Shown: positions 25,346 through 40,260, counted from the first letter of the stretch. The stretch: DNA of 64,000 nt from Phoronis australis (GCA_002633005.1 NMRA01000027.1:981788-1045787); one strand, 5' to 3'. Notes: generated by a model not told the origin, from the sequence alone. Numbers and translations: made by a program.

Positions 25346-26681
25346 AATTGTTGACCCCCTTGTTTTTGTCAAACATGTATGGAGTACTTTAACCAACCAT
25401 CAACCTGCGCACTGAGAATACCATCACCCGGACAGTCTCAAGCATTCACTTAAAGTAAATGCATCACGTCACAATCGTATTTCATAAGTTTCGATCAAAA
25501 TTGGACTCATCATTTGGATGTTGCATCGTTCCTCCCAGAGTCAGATTCGGTTGACTTCAATTTGATTTTAGATCATTTCAAATTTGCAAACGAGGGCGCT
25601 GAAATAAAAACAGCAAGTTTACAGACTGTCTTTACTTACTGACAAAAGATTTGTTGTCATTTACAAAGAAGCAACTCGGGCATAGACACTATTTGACGGC
25701 AAAATACAAAATTTTACTTTCCCAAAGAATGTTTTTGATCAGGTCGTGGTAACCCAAGAAATTTAATAGGTTTTGACGAACTGATGTATTTAAATTTACA
25801 GTTATAAACAACAAAACTCTCGCACAAAAACTCTTTATATTTACATTTCAACAACGTGTTTTCTTCTAAAATTTGGTTATTTACCCAATCCAACGAAATA
25901 CGGTGCTTTGCAATAAATTCAAATAGTCCACATTTAATTTTCATGCCAGCCGGGTGCGTAATTTAATTTGTTTCTTTGAAGATAACAAGAGGACATTTTA
26001 ATCTCTTACAGATGGTTCTCATACAATTTGTTATGTGTATTGTGGAACAAATGTGTTATTTTTGGATATACAAAAACAACGCATTTCCTTCTTTTACCCT
26101 TTTCCGAAAACGCTTCAAAACTACGCGGATGTGGATACTCGGCTTCTCTGTTTACAATTTTATACCAATTCCACGTGTCTTTCCATTGATGTTCAGATAT
26201 TTGGCCCCGGCTGCCGGCTTCGAAGGGACAGCTAGGTTAATTCTCAAACTCAGTCTTCTGTAATTTGTTTTTTTGCATAATCTTTTTGAGTTATACTGTA
26301 TGAAAAGATGATTCAACAAAGAATTCGTTGTGACGAAATCCCGGCCTGTGTGTACTCACTCAGTGCGAACAAGGTGTCTTTTCGGAAAGGTCGCCCTTGT
26401 GCCGATTTGGAAACATTTTGCGTTGATATAAGGTTTACAGATTCCCACAACAATTACAATTTGTTTAAACATAAATGTTCCCATAGTGTCCTATCAGTTT
26501 ACTATTGGTCCTTAAACAAAAGCACACATCGTGGCATGAGAACGCCACGTGTTTCATCGAGCTGCCCAACTTCTTGTCTCCAAATATCCAAGTACCTCTC
26601 GTGTCACAAGTGCTTTGATTTTTTGAATCAGTGATTATTATGTTCTGTAGCAGGTGGTGTTCTGGCATTTTTGAATTTCAG

Positions 26682-26767
26682 GACAAGGTATAGAACTAAA
26701 CACAGACAGAAAAGGCAATACAGATGCTGCTCCGGATACAGACAAAACGGCAACAACTACTGTGCAC
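26682..26767 (+). CDS. Copy B exon 3, EMI domain C-terminal half
   Basis: Acceptor tttcag|G and donor C|gtaaaa. Reads TRYRTKHRQKRQYRCCSGYRQNGNNYCA, with the EMI C-terminal CCxGY motif. Confidence 0.85.
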
Positions 26768-27569
26768 GTAAAAATTCATTTTCTTTGTCCCAACCTACAT
26801 GATTAATTACTATTAATACCTTGTTTTTTCAAGCCAAAGCTTTTCGTTATGTGATAAATAATTCAAAAGCCACTGGCGTTTTGATGTCTCTGAAAAAGGT
26901 GACCTTGATCATGGTATGTCATGCAAACGTCGACAGAAATTACTTGGACCTATACGCTACCTTAACCGCTTTTACTACTATTAAACGTCAACATGCGCGC
27001 ACCCAGCCTGAAATATAGGAGGGCTCGAATTTTTGGCAATGTGGACCTTTTCCAAACGAAAAAGCGGGGACTAAAAATACGGGGTACAACGTTCAGAGGT
27101 ATGAATTGGGCATTAGCGTCTTTGCGCCTTTTTGGTAGACTTTTGTCTCGATTTCTCGGCCTCTTTGTTTCTCTGACGTGGACCTTTTCTTAATTCGCCA
27201 AATGGGGACTCGTTTGAACTCCCAGAGCCTCCCTGGGTGCGTGCATTTTCAATATATCTACCTTCGCATCACGTTTTCGTACATCAAGCATGAAACTCTC
27301 ATCAAGTATTAAAGTTTGGGAAAATTTCACAATTCTTTCGAAAGGATGGTTAATTGCATGTTTGACTAAGGTTTCGGGCGAAGTAGTATATGGCTGCTTG
27401 GACCCGGCGCTCACTTTTCCCTAACCACGGAATGAAAATATGAGAAAGCAGTCAAATCATTTCATGTTTTTATTTCTCGGGAAGTACCAATTGTACTTGC
27501 TGACAAATGTTTTGCGTGAAATCATCTTTTGCACGCTGGAGGCAGATTTTTTTCTTTTTTCTGTAATAG

Positions 27570-27671
27570 CGCTGTGCTTCGGTTCCTTCACCTGTCCAAA
27601 CGGCGGATCCTGTTCGAGACCTAACTACTGTACATCATGCCGAACAGGCTACTACTCGCCCCAATGCAACG
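27570..27671 (+). CDS. Copy B exon 4, EGF-like
   Basis: Acceptor taatag|CG and donor G|gtaggt. Reads PLCFGSFTCPNGGSCSRPNYCTSCRTGYYSPQCN. Confidence 0.88.
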
Positions 27672-28075
27672 GTAGGTGTCGCTCCTCACTAACTGAACAC
27701 ATCAAATCCGTTACTACTCACCGTAGTACAACTATAGAAAAAACAACTGTAGATGAGTAGTAACAAAGTATTTCTGTCAAAGTTCTGACTCGAAAGATTC
27801 ATTTTGATAATACATTACCAGTTTTTTCAGAAGTGATGCACATGCAAAGAACGAAGCCATCGTAATCGTTCTTTTAATGAGGTTGATGGTAAGTCAACTC
27901 TGTTTTGTATTGGCTTCTACATAAGGTGGCAACTTACGCACAGCCAAGATCAGATCGATAGCTATTTCAATATTTAAGTTTTGACAACATGAATGGCGTT
28001 GACATGACGATGGTGTCGATAATGGTGGTGGTGGCGTGCTGGGTGGTGATTGTGATGATGTCATGTTTCCTTTAG

Positions 28076-28210
28076 CTTGCCCTGTGTACCACATTGCCAA
28101 CTGTGCCAAAATGACATGTTCTTGGGGGCCGTCAAACAAGCGATGCACTGAATGTAAGCTGCAGTCACCGTCAGGAGGGGCCTATCTCTTAACAAACAAC
28201 AGATGTTCGG
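28076..28210 (+). CDS. Copy B exon 5, Cys-rich
   Basis: Acceptor cctttag|CT and donor G|gtaggt. Reads ACPVYHIANCAKMTCSWGPSNKRCTECKLQ..NRCS. Confidence 0.85.
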
Positions 28211-28628
28211 GTAGGTACATTTTTGTCCATTTTTAGAACAGTAAAAAATAGTCATATATTTCGCCATGGGGTATAATCTATGGCAACCGGATTGTGAAAC
28301 TCATAGGTGTCAGACTTGCCCTTATAGTCTGAAGGACTGTGGCTAGCATTAAATGCAGAAGACTTTGAACGCAGTGTGTAATTCCGTTGTCCATCTTTGG
28401 CAACTATGCATTCTCCTACAGGTTGTGAACGTTCTGACTGTTACTTGTGTGTACCGCAGATCATGAACCTTCACTACCGGTCAAGTGATACTTTGGTGCC
28501 GAACTTTATTCAACGTTCATCAGCCAATTTTCCCCAATCCTAGAATCTGCCTGCGTCATAAGACGTATTGTGCGTGGTTTGCCTCAACTAATTTGCTATT
28601 ACAAGGAACTTTTGACTTCTTTTTGAAG

Positions 28629-28748
28629 CTAAGTGTTCCTGGCTTACAACAAGACGGTGCTGGCCGGGCACGTGCAACGACAGGGGTTTGGTAGCGTCTT
28701 GCAGTTGCTCAACCGGGTTTAGACGCACAAGCGGAAACAATTGTGATT
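28629..28748 (+). CDS. Copy B exon 6, EGF-like
   Basis: Acceptor tttgaag|CT and donor T|gtaagt. Reads AKCSWLTTRRCWPGTCNDRGLVASCSCSTGFRRTSGNNCD. Confidence 0.85.
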
Positions 28749-28946
28749 GTAAGTACTTTGAAAATGAATTACGAGGTCTACCTTAGAAGAATCTCCAATA
28801 GGTAGTTGCATTTCTGTATTAACATGAAGAAGAAAAACGAGAATATCATGTGTGTCATATGGCGAAACTTCCTTTGATATTTGTTTATAATTTCATCCTT
28901 TAACAATGCTTGATAGCAGATTATTGTCTTTCACTTTGCTTTGTAG

Positions 28947-29216
28947 TGTATACCGTGTCGCCCAGTTTGCTCACGTGCACCACGAGAGCTGTGAGTTCTT
29001 CCAACGAATATGCAGACTCGAAGACTCCTGCAGGAAAAACGTCCTCCTGTAGAAATCAGCAGGATTACTCAAGCAATTTCTCACCGACCAGCGTTCGTTA
29101 CACCTTTACGTTCCAGTTCAAAGTTGACAGTTTGCCATCCAAGCCTAGCTGGATCTCAAACTATCACTTTGGTATTGTGGCTGCGTACACCCAAGTCATA
29201 ACTTATAGGCAAAATG
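28947..29216 (+). CDS. Copy B exon 7
   Basis: Acceptor ttgtag|TG and donor G|gttggt. Phase 1-1, open frame. Confidence 0.8.
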
Positions 29217-30792
29217 GTTGGTAATGTTCAATTTCAACACAAATCAATTTCTTAAGGCCTGCGAACTGATCTTTTGCACCATAGAAGAAGGGGACGAAGT
29301 CCCTACCCGGTTGTTTGAGCGACTAAATGTTTATATCTTTTAGGACTCCATGGCGTTAATTGACTGAATTTAAGTCGCTAATGATTTGCAGTCATTTGAA
29401 ACTACTGACACAGACAGTCTGTCTGGCAAACGTGGTGCAAAGTTCACCTATATCCTTGTCGCCGTCAGATGCAGTTAAACTACTCATAAATACTTCACTA
29501 AAATTTGGTATCATAGCACTGTGTGGTGCGACTTGCCTGAAATGGGGACAAGTGATTTTATTTCGCTAAATTACCATATGAATTAAGCAGCGTACCTGAA
29601 TTGGGGAATTAAACTAGGGGTTCTTGTAATTTGTTTCTACATGTATCGATACTCTGTGAAAGTTTGTAGATATCTGGTGGACGTCTGTAATACTTCCATG
29701 TCTTCGATATTAAAGTTGAAAACAGATTTTGATGCTGACATTATGTTTGGGCAAGAAACTAGGCTATTTTGGGCTCGTTTCCCGGAGAGGGTTTCTTGCT
29801 ACTAAAGCGAGATCACGCAACATAAAGCAATCAGATTTGAATGGAAGGGAAAGTGTTTCGCGAGAAACCTGGAGAAACATATTCGTGAACACTGGCAAAC
29901 GACCTCTCAAGTAGTGAAACGACTGGTCGTCGAAGAGAGGTTGTTGAATTATATGGCTTTAGGTTGACCGTGAAACACGTCTTTCGTTAAATTTTCGCTA
30001 GTCAACAATTGCCTCAAGTGTTGCGAGTGTCTGTTGTTGCGAAACGCCCATCCGGTAAGTAGTCTAGCTAACTTAGGCTGTCGAAAGGTTGCGACACATA
30101 AAATTGCAAAGACTGGGTGATTGTGATTTTAATGGGTTGGTTTGGCGATGCCTAGCTTCGTAGAAATGCACATTACCTCTTGCAGAACCGTCAGGACAAT
30201 GCTTCCAGGACTACAGCAACCACCGCGTACTCCCGTTCCTAGCATATGGATCCGATAAAAAGAGCTCTGTAGAAAAATGTATTGCAGCATGTCGCACTAG
30301 AGGATACACTTACGCCGGAGTCGAATATTCGCAGCAGTGTTTCTGTGGGAACTCCGTCGATAAACAACGTCAGAGACCTAAGTCTGAATGCAATACCAAG
30401 TGCACAGGAAGTGACGACATGTGCGGCGGATCATGGAGATTGAACGTTTATTCCGTCTGTAAGTAGTAGACTTGACTGCTTACCCAAGAATAGCCAATAG
30501 TCTTATTCATGTTTTGTAAAGTCAACTTCAACCATCCCGTGGTCCCTTAACGTTTGAAAAGTAACGGTAAAGCCTTAAAATTGATTTGCCAGCGTATCCT
30601 ATTTTTGGGATAAAGCCTTAGATTGTGGACACAGGGGTAAAACACTTCCGCATTTTCCAGAGCAGTGGTTTCTATGTGCCCCATTGTGCAGCCGTTGTTG
30701 GTGCTCGAATTTCGTTTTTGCGAATTCAACAGTACTAAGCCAAAATGAGTTGTTGAGTCATTCTGAACGATTTTCCCTTCTCTTTAATTCAG

Positions 30793-30931
30793 CTGCAAAC
30801 ACTGGTCCAGTGACCGCACTAGCAGGTTGTACTCGCAGTTATGGTACCACCTACAACAGGATACAAGCATCAGTGATCACGTGCAGAAGTAGCAAGGCCT
30901 TTTCAGGGATTGCCTTGCAGAACGGATACAA
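30793..30931 (+). CDS. Copy B exon 8
   Basis: Acceptor attcag|CT and donor AA|gtgagt. Phase 1-2. Confidence 0.8.
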
Positions 30932-31464
30932 GTGAGTTCCCATATTTTGAACAAAGCGTGCAGCATCAACATGATAATCCTTACTTGAATTTTGTGATCC
31001 ATTCAATGCCAATACTTTTTTCATTTTTGCACTTCACTGCGTCCTAGTCACAGTAATAGATATCTTCTACAGGCTCAGTCTGATATCCTATAAGCAATAT
31101 TTGTGATTACAGAAATTGCGGACTTTTGTAAAACATATCTATGAACTCACAGAGGAAGACTGTCGGATTACATTTATAGAACCCTACTTATTACTTGTTC
31201 GTAGCAGTCGTTTTCATAGTCTAAGGGAGTTCGAGCGGTAAGTGAGAGCGTGCTTATGTGTATGATAATGTCATAGTTTCGAGTGCACAGAGAAGATTCC
31301 CATTCTCATGCATCAACCAATTTGGTTTTGAAAGTCTCCAATCCCAGTTTAGTCTGACTGTGAGAAGTACAGGTACAATCGATTCCTATCCCTATGAACA
31401 GTTTTCAAGGCATGGTATACATAGATTTGATATGAAATTACAAACACATGAATTGTTTTTCCAG

Positions 31465-32629
31465 GTACTGCATGCGGTATGAAGCGAGAGGCGGTGGCTA
31501 TTACAAAACTAGGAACCTAGTGAACAACGCCGTCTCAGGACCCTATTACTACTCACACGTCTTAAACTCTAAGACAGTTTGCATGCTTTATGACGCCGTT
31601 CCACCTATCCACTGTTCCCAAACATCAAGCTGCTCTGCATCCGCACGTTACCGAGTAGACCCAATCGGTATTGCAAATAGAATCACAAAAGCGTCTACCG
31701 TTACGATAACTTACGGTGGTTGGACGGACCCTATAGCAACATCCGGGTTTCGCGATTCTGCGTCTGGCGTGGAACATTTGGAGTTCGGTCTTTATAATAT
31801 GGTCGAAAAATCAGCCACTCTCATTGGAGTTGGTAGCAAAATCGGTAATAGCAAGCAAGTGTCCAACGGTGAAGGATCAGTACAGTTCACCTTACCGGGA
31901 CAGGGCTTGTTTGCCGTAATCGCAGATGTCAAAGACATAGCCCACAATAACAGAAAAGCTAGGCGCTTCGTGCTTCACGATCCAATGTCAGAAGTTGTTG
32001 TCAGTAGCACACATCCGTTAAGGGTGACGTCTGCGGCTGCCAATACGAATTATCTTTGGCAGACGAACCTTGGCAGAGTAACAATACAATGGGTCCAACA
32101 TTTCTTCAACAATTTCCATGTTCATAACAACATGCTTCGTCGTATTCAATCTGACATTTTAGTCTCAGGACATTACGACCAAAATGCAGGAGATATTCCA
32201 GTGTCAGGGACGCCGAATGTTTACGGAATAATTGAATTTAAATATGGCGTTGGTTCATTTGAAACCAAAAGCATTCCGTCGATGTCCCTTGTGACTCCAC
32301 CACTGTCAACATCAATGAGTATCACGCCGCCGAGTATGCAAGATGGTCGACAATACAGAATATGGGTGCAGGCCAAGGATATCATGGGAAACACGCTTGT
32401 GGACAACACGACGGTCAGCGTTGATTCCACACCTCCAATCATTTCTGATGCTGGCGTTGTCAATAATGGCAAGAAGTCATTATTTGTTCATAGTGACTCG
32501 GACCTGTCAAAGATGACCTTTGAATTTAAAGCCATGGACAGCCATAGTGGCCTTCGTGAAGTAAAGTGGAAACTTGGGACATCAGCATTAGGTGCCGACA
32601 TAAGTCAAGGATCAGTTCCGGTCATAACG
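31465..32629 (+). CDS. Copy B exon 9
   Basis: Acceptor ttccag|G and donor ACG|gtaaat. Contains DAVPPIHC, GWTDP..SGV, VDSTPP and DSHSGL motifs. Confidence 0.9.
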
Positions 32630-34536
32630 GTAAATTCGAATTATTGAATGATACGGTAAACTCTTCCTCACTTTCATTTTTGAGGTCTGAAAACAAACAT
32701 ATCATTGACCGAGTGCAAAAGTAATGTAAGTATATGTTTCTTGCAATTGCATTATGCATAAAGACAAGGTTTTGATAATACACCCAGGTGATGACGGTAC
32801 ATTTCGTGAACTGTGTGATGACGTTGTGGCTTTTCTCGAAATTGATCTTCTTGGCCCAAACTTGCTTGCCTATCTGTTTTGCCCGTGACCTCTGACCTCC
32901 AGGCTAATAGGTGGGTAGCTCTGGAACAAAGGTTAGAAAGCTTAAACCTACTACCACCCTTTTAAATAAGGTGTATTACAAACTTTGTTCTTCCAGATGG
33001 CGTCGTTTACTCTCTTTTCGAACAATCTGCTCTCTTGGTCCAAAATTATCACGTAAATTATGTTTAGATTGTGAACACTAGTGCTCAGGTGCCCACAGAC
33101 CGCACTGGAGGGTGATTAGAATCAAAGGATTTATACTGGTCTATATAGAAATGTACACATGCCAACCAGTGTTTGTTCTTTGTGTCTTATCGCCCTCTGT
33201 AGTATAAAATTGGTGTAGCAAGGTATATGTAATCATGCTGGCAGTATCTGTTCCTACCGATTTTCACCTCGTGGTGAATAGGGCCTCTGTGACCGAGCGC
33301 AGTCGAATCCTACTGTTCGCCATCTGTTTATTTGCTGCATGTTGTAACCGGTTTCACGAAGTTCTGCATCCATTGCCCTCCTTCATGTTTGGACTGGTCT
33401 GCCTGGTCGACGACTTCTTCTCGAGTTCCAAGACAGAGCCTATTTTGTGATGTTGTCGTCAGGTTTTCTGGGGGTTTGTCCAACCCTCTTTGTTTGTGAT
33501 TCTATCCGACTATTTCACATTTTCAAAAAGTTTGCAGTTCGATTCAGGTAACGACAGAGCAGCATGACATTTGGATTTTTTTCAAAATTACGTGTTTGTA
33601 TTAATCGGCCTACTCCGGAAGTGGTTACGCCAGTTGCATACACTCGGAGTGTCGATGCTTACGACACATCAAGTCCATGGCCAGGTAATTAAGTGCTTTG
33701 TAATTTACAGCACTGGGTAAATCTGGCGTAATTGTTATCACTGGTTTTAGATTGGCCGAAACGTAGAAATGACGTCATACTAAATAACTGAATGGCAAGC
33801 TGGGTGTCAACGCAAATGACGTGCAGTGAAAACCAATGAGCGTTTTAGCCTTTGAAATCCCACGTTTTTGCAATAGCGTGATGGAGAGGACTGTGTTGTC
33901 TTGGTGCACGTTTGGGAGGAACTAGTATCTATATTAATCGATTTCGGAGGAGAAGCGGTATGGTAGTGGCCAGTTAACATAACGTTCATGCTATCGAATC
34001 AAAATGGAAATTCCCTTACTTCACACAATGATTTTAAAACTAAACCTTAGTTACTATAATAGACGACAACGCGGTATTATGGTTCATAATTATGCTAACC
34101 GCTGTCCAAATTGTACTTGTAGTGCAGTGAGCAATTGTCTGAATAAAAGCGTTACCGTGAGGACTACTTCCGGGTCTTCCAAATGCAACAAATAAAACTT
34201 TCAGTCACTTTTACATAATCAGTGGCATTTTAACTTGTTTACGAGCGCAGTAAATTCTTCTGGTGGTGTATCCAGTCACTTCAGGTTGAGTGACCCTCGT
34301 CCGCTTTCCATATATTGACACGTTGACAAAGAAAATTGCATAGGCAGGAAGAGCTCTAATTCATAAAATATCTCTACTTTGATGATATGTTACCATTGAT
34401 GATGAGAAAGCAAAGATTTGCTTTGAGTCTTTAAGCTCCATTTTTGGTATGACGACAGCTGCATTCTAAAACTGCAAACCCGTGCGTGTGAAGTTTCCCA
34501 ACGCTCAGCTGTAGTTATGTTGTTATATTTTTGTAG

Positions 34537-35722
34537 GTTGCCAGCTCTGCTCCCAACAGTTATTGCCCGTTAGCGAGCCTCAAAAGTTCCTACTGTGAAA
34601 ACTCCCTGTACCGTATAGACCTTAATCATTTAGTTGCGGGCAACAAGCACCAGGCAAATCACAACCAAGAATACTACTTCACATTGACCGCAACAAACAA
34701 CGCCAAACTTTCCAACAATCCAGTCAGTGTCAAGATTCTGATTGACACCTCACCTCCTATAGTAGGCTTGGTCTTGGACGGGGACTCTTCAAAGGACGTC
34801 GAGTTTCAACAAGATTATTACTTAAAGGGATCATGGCACGGCTTTGTGGATCATGAGAGTGACGTACACTTTTACAAATATGCGTTTGCGCAAACCTGTC
34901 TCACTCAAGAAGAACTGATAAAGAGTTCTACTTCTACAACTGCGACAAATGGAAATGGTGTGGCGAGTAAAGAAGGCAAGTATTATTTGAGTGTTGTGGC
35001 TTATAACGGAGCCAGTGAGCCGTCCGAGGTGGTGTGCTCAAATGGAGTTTTAGTTGACATGACAGCGCCGCACATCACCGACTTTTCTTTACACGGACTA
35101 CACGTTCATGATGGTATTTTATGCGACAATGGTGCATTCTGGTACGTACTTGACAATTTCACCAGGCTGTCACTAAGCAACATAGACCTCTGCCAGACTA
35201 AGTGTTCGTCACCCAAGAATATCGACGTCCTTCTCATACCAAAACTCGTAGACGCCAATGGCACCACAGTGGCCTATGACCATGACAGGAGTCTCAAAAT
35301 TTGCAAAGACAAGCCACTGTTTGACTTGTCCTGGCCAAAGTTCATAGCTACTGATCACATTCGTCTTCGATGGAATTCAACACAAAAGACACCAATTCAC
35401 GACTACCTAGTAGGTGTAGGTACTAATATACAACCGCCACAAGTATCCACTCATGGCGCGCGGTTCTATAATGTCCTCAGGTCTGGAATTGACCAAGGTC
35501 AGCAGCTAAATATTTTGATAAGGGCCATAACTAAAGATAGAAAGACTTCAACCCTGTCATTCGGGCCTATATTTGTTGACGAAACGCCGCCAAGGATGTC
35601 TGGACAGCTTATTGTAGATAAAGAATCAAACGCTGGTGATCTACTTTCCGTATCGTGGACTTCTGACACATTCTTTGATGAAGAATATCAAAGCGGAATT
35701 GAGCAATACCAATACGCCATAG
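34537..35722 (+). CDS. Copy B exon 10
   Basis: Acceptor ttgtag|GTT and donor ATAG|gtaggc. Contains IDTSPPIVGLVLDG..WHGFVDHESDV. Confidence 0.9.
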
Positions 35723-36095
35723 GTAGGCATTTTGGCATACGCAACTAAAATAATACTATATCCAATCAATTTAAGGGATATTTGATATTAACTTTTTGCA
35801 TTGCTAAATGACAAGGTTGAATTTCCTAAAACAAGAAATTGTTACACCTTCTCATTTGATGCAGTCACAAGAGTGGTATTGTCTTGACAAAACTTTATTA
35901 GTTGTCTTTTCACCATGCTCAATTTTTTGAGAAAAGCTCAATTCAAATGAGGAGATGCTCTTTATATTCATACAAATTTAGGTACATACTCTTTTGCATG
36001 GATCAAACGATAAAATGGTTGTGTTTGTTGTGAGATGAAAGTTATTAGGTGACATACGCTGATCTTGCAGTTTTAGTTGTATTCTCTTTCAATAG

Positions 36096-37507
36096 GGACC
36101 GACAGCAACATCCAGGCCGTGTCTTCATTCAAAAACTTTCGTCCAAGGACTTCTTGTGGCCAGTTCACGTATTGTCTTACTATCAAAAAAGGCCGTATCA
36201 TGCAGCATGACGCTGCATTGGGACAAAGTTACGTAGTTAGTCTAAAGATCTTCAACAAAGCCGGATTACATAATATTTTTAAATCTGCAACGTTTAGTAT
36301 GGCACCAGACATTATTCCTGGTACAGTATTCGATGTTCTACCAGGGAAAACTGGGCAAGACGTTGACTTCTTATTGTTCGGTCTCTACTGCGTCAGTTGG
36401 ACAGGGTTTAAAACGCAATATGGAAGTGTGCGATATTCAGTTGGATTGGGTTCTTCCAAGCTCAAATCGGACATTTTGAGCTATAGACAGGTCTCGGTAG
36501 GGAAGCAGTATAGGTGTCTGAATATTCCGTCACTACAATTTGATTTTACTGAGGTTTACGCAACTGTTAAAGCAACATCTTCCATATCTGCGACAAATTC
36601 TGTAGTCGTGTCATCAGACGGAGCACTGGTAATTAGCACAAACGTTCACTCGAATACTTTCGACGTCTTTGACGGCTGGGGCTGTATGTCTTCAAGTCCA
36701 GAGGAAATATTAACGAGTCTCCTAATTCAGCCCTCCCTATCGAGCATCTTTCAGTTTAGCTCTTCTGGGATCCTTAGAGGTCGATACACCGTAAAACTGT
36801 CCAGTACAGTAGATCTTTCCAACGTGAAGATGACACAACATGGTGTGGAACCTAAAAATACCTTCTTCACGTCTAAGGATGGTACTAGCATGGGGTTCTA
36901 TACGTTTGAATGGACAAATAAGCCATACACATTCACGGTCACCAACACGGATTACGCAGAGCGTAACATAACATCTATATCTCTCCTGCTGTGTTCCTTG
37001 GATGAGGATTATCAAGCTGGAACAACATTCCTAAGTAGCTATTGGCAGACATCAGCAGCTGTTCACGAGAAGGTTTCTCAATACGAATGTTCGGTTGCCG
37101 AAGATGCGTGCAATGAGTTGGGCTGCATTTATGACGATATTCTTGTTCCTTGGACACCGCAGGGTAAACAACAACATTGTAAATTTAATGGCTTGAAATT
37201 GAAACTTGGCTACAGATATAGATTACTAGTTAGGCCATGTTTCCACCAGGTCTGTCTAAGGGAATCAACTTCAGATGGGGTAAAAATTACACCAGGTCAT
37301 GCAAACGTCGGTGCTATAACTGCAAGTGTTAATCTTAATGGAAGTGCTGGTGCATACGTGGCTGAGACATCGGTCCGTTGGCAGAGATTTGTTGTTCTGA
37401 GTGGAGCCCTTAAAGAACATGTCACGCGATACGAATGGACCTTGTCTACAAGCAGATCAGCTAAAGATGCCCTGAACACATGGAGACCTGTATTTAACAA
37501 AACCCAG
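36096..37507 (+). CDS. Copy B exon 11
   Basis: Acceptor caatag|GG and donor CAG|gtaact. 1412 nt open. Confidence 0.9.
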
Positions 37508-37898
37508 GTAACTTGAAGTTGACGATGATGATGTCCAGAGACAAATAGTTGCCGATATAATATGGTGAGACTTGATGTAAATAGATGAGAATTATTGATG
37601 TCATCCATCAAATGAGATCTCGGGAGCTCAGCGTGAAACGCGGGGGCTTAGTTTTTATTGTTGTAAAGCTTACATTGAATTTGTTACTTTATATCTTTAT
37701 ATCTCTCGTTATAACATTTGCCTTTCACTCTTTATTCAACACCGAAGAAAAGAATGAAACGGGCCACATTTCTAAACCACGTTAACGCTAAAATGTCAAC
37801 TTAAATGTTTATGGTCTCAGCCAACACAAACACAGTTCATTTTCAAAATCTAAGTACCCTGGATACTACATATAAACCCACATTAAACCTTCTTACAG

Positions 37899-38607
37899 GA
37901 TTTTGCATTACTTCCGTGGAATAACCACCGACTACAGGCGATGTACCTACTCATAACTGGCTATTCTAACGCGAATGTGGCGACACGTCACATTAAGAAG
38001 ATCGACATTGCAAAAGACCCATTCACAGTTGTAGACAGGGCTTTGTACGATTTAAGAAAGGCCGATGCTGTCCGATTCAGTCAAACAGCTCATGCAAAAA
38101 ATATGCAACCAAAAAAACTGAAAGAATTGCATAACGCTGAAGTCGACTTTACCAACATGACAGACAAAGCATACGCTCTATTCGCTGGACCTTGGTACGA
38201 TAGGTACACTTGGATTTTGACAACGAAAGCTGATCCAAGTCTGGATTGTTCAACCAGTCCTCACTGTTTAACGTCAGTGAACAACACTCAAAACCACATC
38301 GAGTTCACAGCAAATCTTATTCACGGCCGGAAATATTTCACCTGCCTTCGGACAGAGCCTCAAACAAGACGGCGTACTACTCACACTGAGGAACTACCCG
38401 CAGTGAGACTTTGTAGTAACGGGTTTACCATCGACACAATGTCTCCCGTTAATGAACAATTTTCTCTTTTGTCTTTGAGCAGTAACACTTTTGGAGCGCA
38501 CTTCAGTAGATTCAACGACATTATTGAGTTCCAGTTTAAGTTCAAAGACCTCGAGGACAGTGTCCCAGGGTTATCATCGGGCATAAAAAACCATCGTTAT
38601 TACATAG
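37899..38607 (+). CDS. Copy B exon 12
   Basis: Acceptor ttacag|GAT and donor ATAG|gtgagt. Contains CSNGFTIDTMSP. Confidence 0.88.
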
Positions 38608-38814
38608 GTGAGTAGTACTTGTGACTCAGAGTTTGCAAATAATGGAACATTCATTTACCGAATTATCAACAATAATAAGAAGAATTCAAATGACAAAATG
38701 AGTCACTCTGAATAACGCCATATACACCTACTGCGTGTTATTATTTGATTCCCACGTTTGAGTTTAAATGATCAGTCATTTTGCACTGTTATGTTTTTCA
38801 CATGTGGTTGACAG

Positions 38815-38931
38815 GAACACTTGTTGGCCAATACGAAGTTGCCAATGAAACTAGTACAGGACTCCAAACACACGTCATTGTTGAGAACGTAGCGTTGGCC
38901 ACGGGAAAACAGTATTTCGTTACTGTTGAAG
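38815..38931 (+). CDS. Copy B exon 13
   Basis: Acceptor tgacag|GA and donor GAAG|gtgagt. Reads GTLVGQYEV..LATGKQYFVTVE. Confidence 0.85.
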
Positions 38932-38999
38932 GTGAGTGTTATTACGATAAATGTGCACATCATATGAGTAGACTGTTGTGACATTTGTGACACCAGTAG

Positions 39000-40260
39000 G
39001 ATTACTTGGGTATTACTTGGGTGCAGAGCCAGCGTCGTCACACTCGGGACTGACCCATAGATGCTCGGCTTTCCACTTCATCAAGTCAGACAAGGTCCTT
39101 TGACTAACCACTCCAACCAACTGCTGATTACACAGTCGTCTTGCCCGGCCATGCAACCGACTATCAGCACCACAGTCTCTCTCATATCCAAACAGCTGCA
39201 TTCTGTCAATTGCACCTCTATTCTCCAGTGGCTCCACCTCTCTAAGCGCTCCGAGAATCTCAATCTCTCCCAATCTGAGGGTGCCCTGTATCGGTGCATT
39301 TCCTGCTTACTTGTCAGTTTCTCATTTCCGGCGACCCCGGCATGCTCAGGGGAGAATATCCAAGTCAGCTTTCTCAGTGCACTGTTTTGTAAATGAAGCA
39401 GCCACTCGGGTTTGAGATATCCCTTTTTGATTTTCATCAGCATGCTCTGAGAATCTGTCTCAATAACTGCGCAGATATGATTGCTTTCCTGTAGCCATGC
39501 AATTGCCTGTTCAGCAGCAACCTCCTCCATCTTCATACTAGGTGTCGTGAGCTCATATGCCTCACTATTTTCCGCTACTATTTTGCCATCCACATTGACC
39601 ATATAGCCCCATCCAGATTTTTCTCCTCTTTTAACCGATCCATCAGTGTACACAACAGCATCTCTCTCACTACAATTTTCATAGACCAGCTCACGAACTT
39701 GACTGTTAACTGCACCAGCCGCCCTCTCACGACAATCTCGGCCCATAGTAATGACAACCCTGGTGAATCTGCTAGCTGTTTTGTCATCCACCTTCATATA
39801 CTCTTCTCCTCTGCAAATCAGATCCAACTCACACACTCTTTCTACTGTGATTTCCGCTGCTGCCAACCATGATTTGCCACGCTTTAATCTGGTGCCTTTG
39901 GGTACAGCCAACTGATCATGCAAGAGATGTTTCCTGTTTTTAGCCACCCGGAACATTGCTTTCACCTGGGCTAGTCTGTGCCTTTGTTCAACACTCGAGA
40001 GCCCAAGAATGTATCTCATTGCTGCTATTGGGGTGTCCTGAGTACATCCAATGATGATTCGCATCCCAGTATTCTGTATCCTCTCTAATTTCATCATTTA
40101 GTGTCTTGGATGCTTTGATGATGTCCAAACCGTAAGCAATGACTGAAAACTCTACCGCCTTGAAGAAAATCAATAGCTGGCTTTGTTCTACTCTACAGGT
40201 AGCCATGGTCTTTATTTGCAAATAGTCCGTGTATTCTTTCCACATCCTCTCCCCCTATTC
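39000..40260 (-). mobile_element. 5'-truncated non-LTR retrotransposon with RNase H (I/Ingi-group-like)
   Basis: RT thumb LERIQNTGMRIIIGC..TP and RNase HI motifs YTDGS, ME..A, TDSQS and HAGVAGNE, with a frameshift near the end. Terminal tandem repeat ATTACTTGGGT x2. Confidence 0.85.
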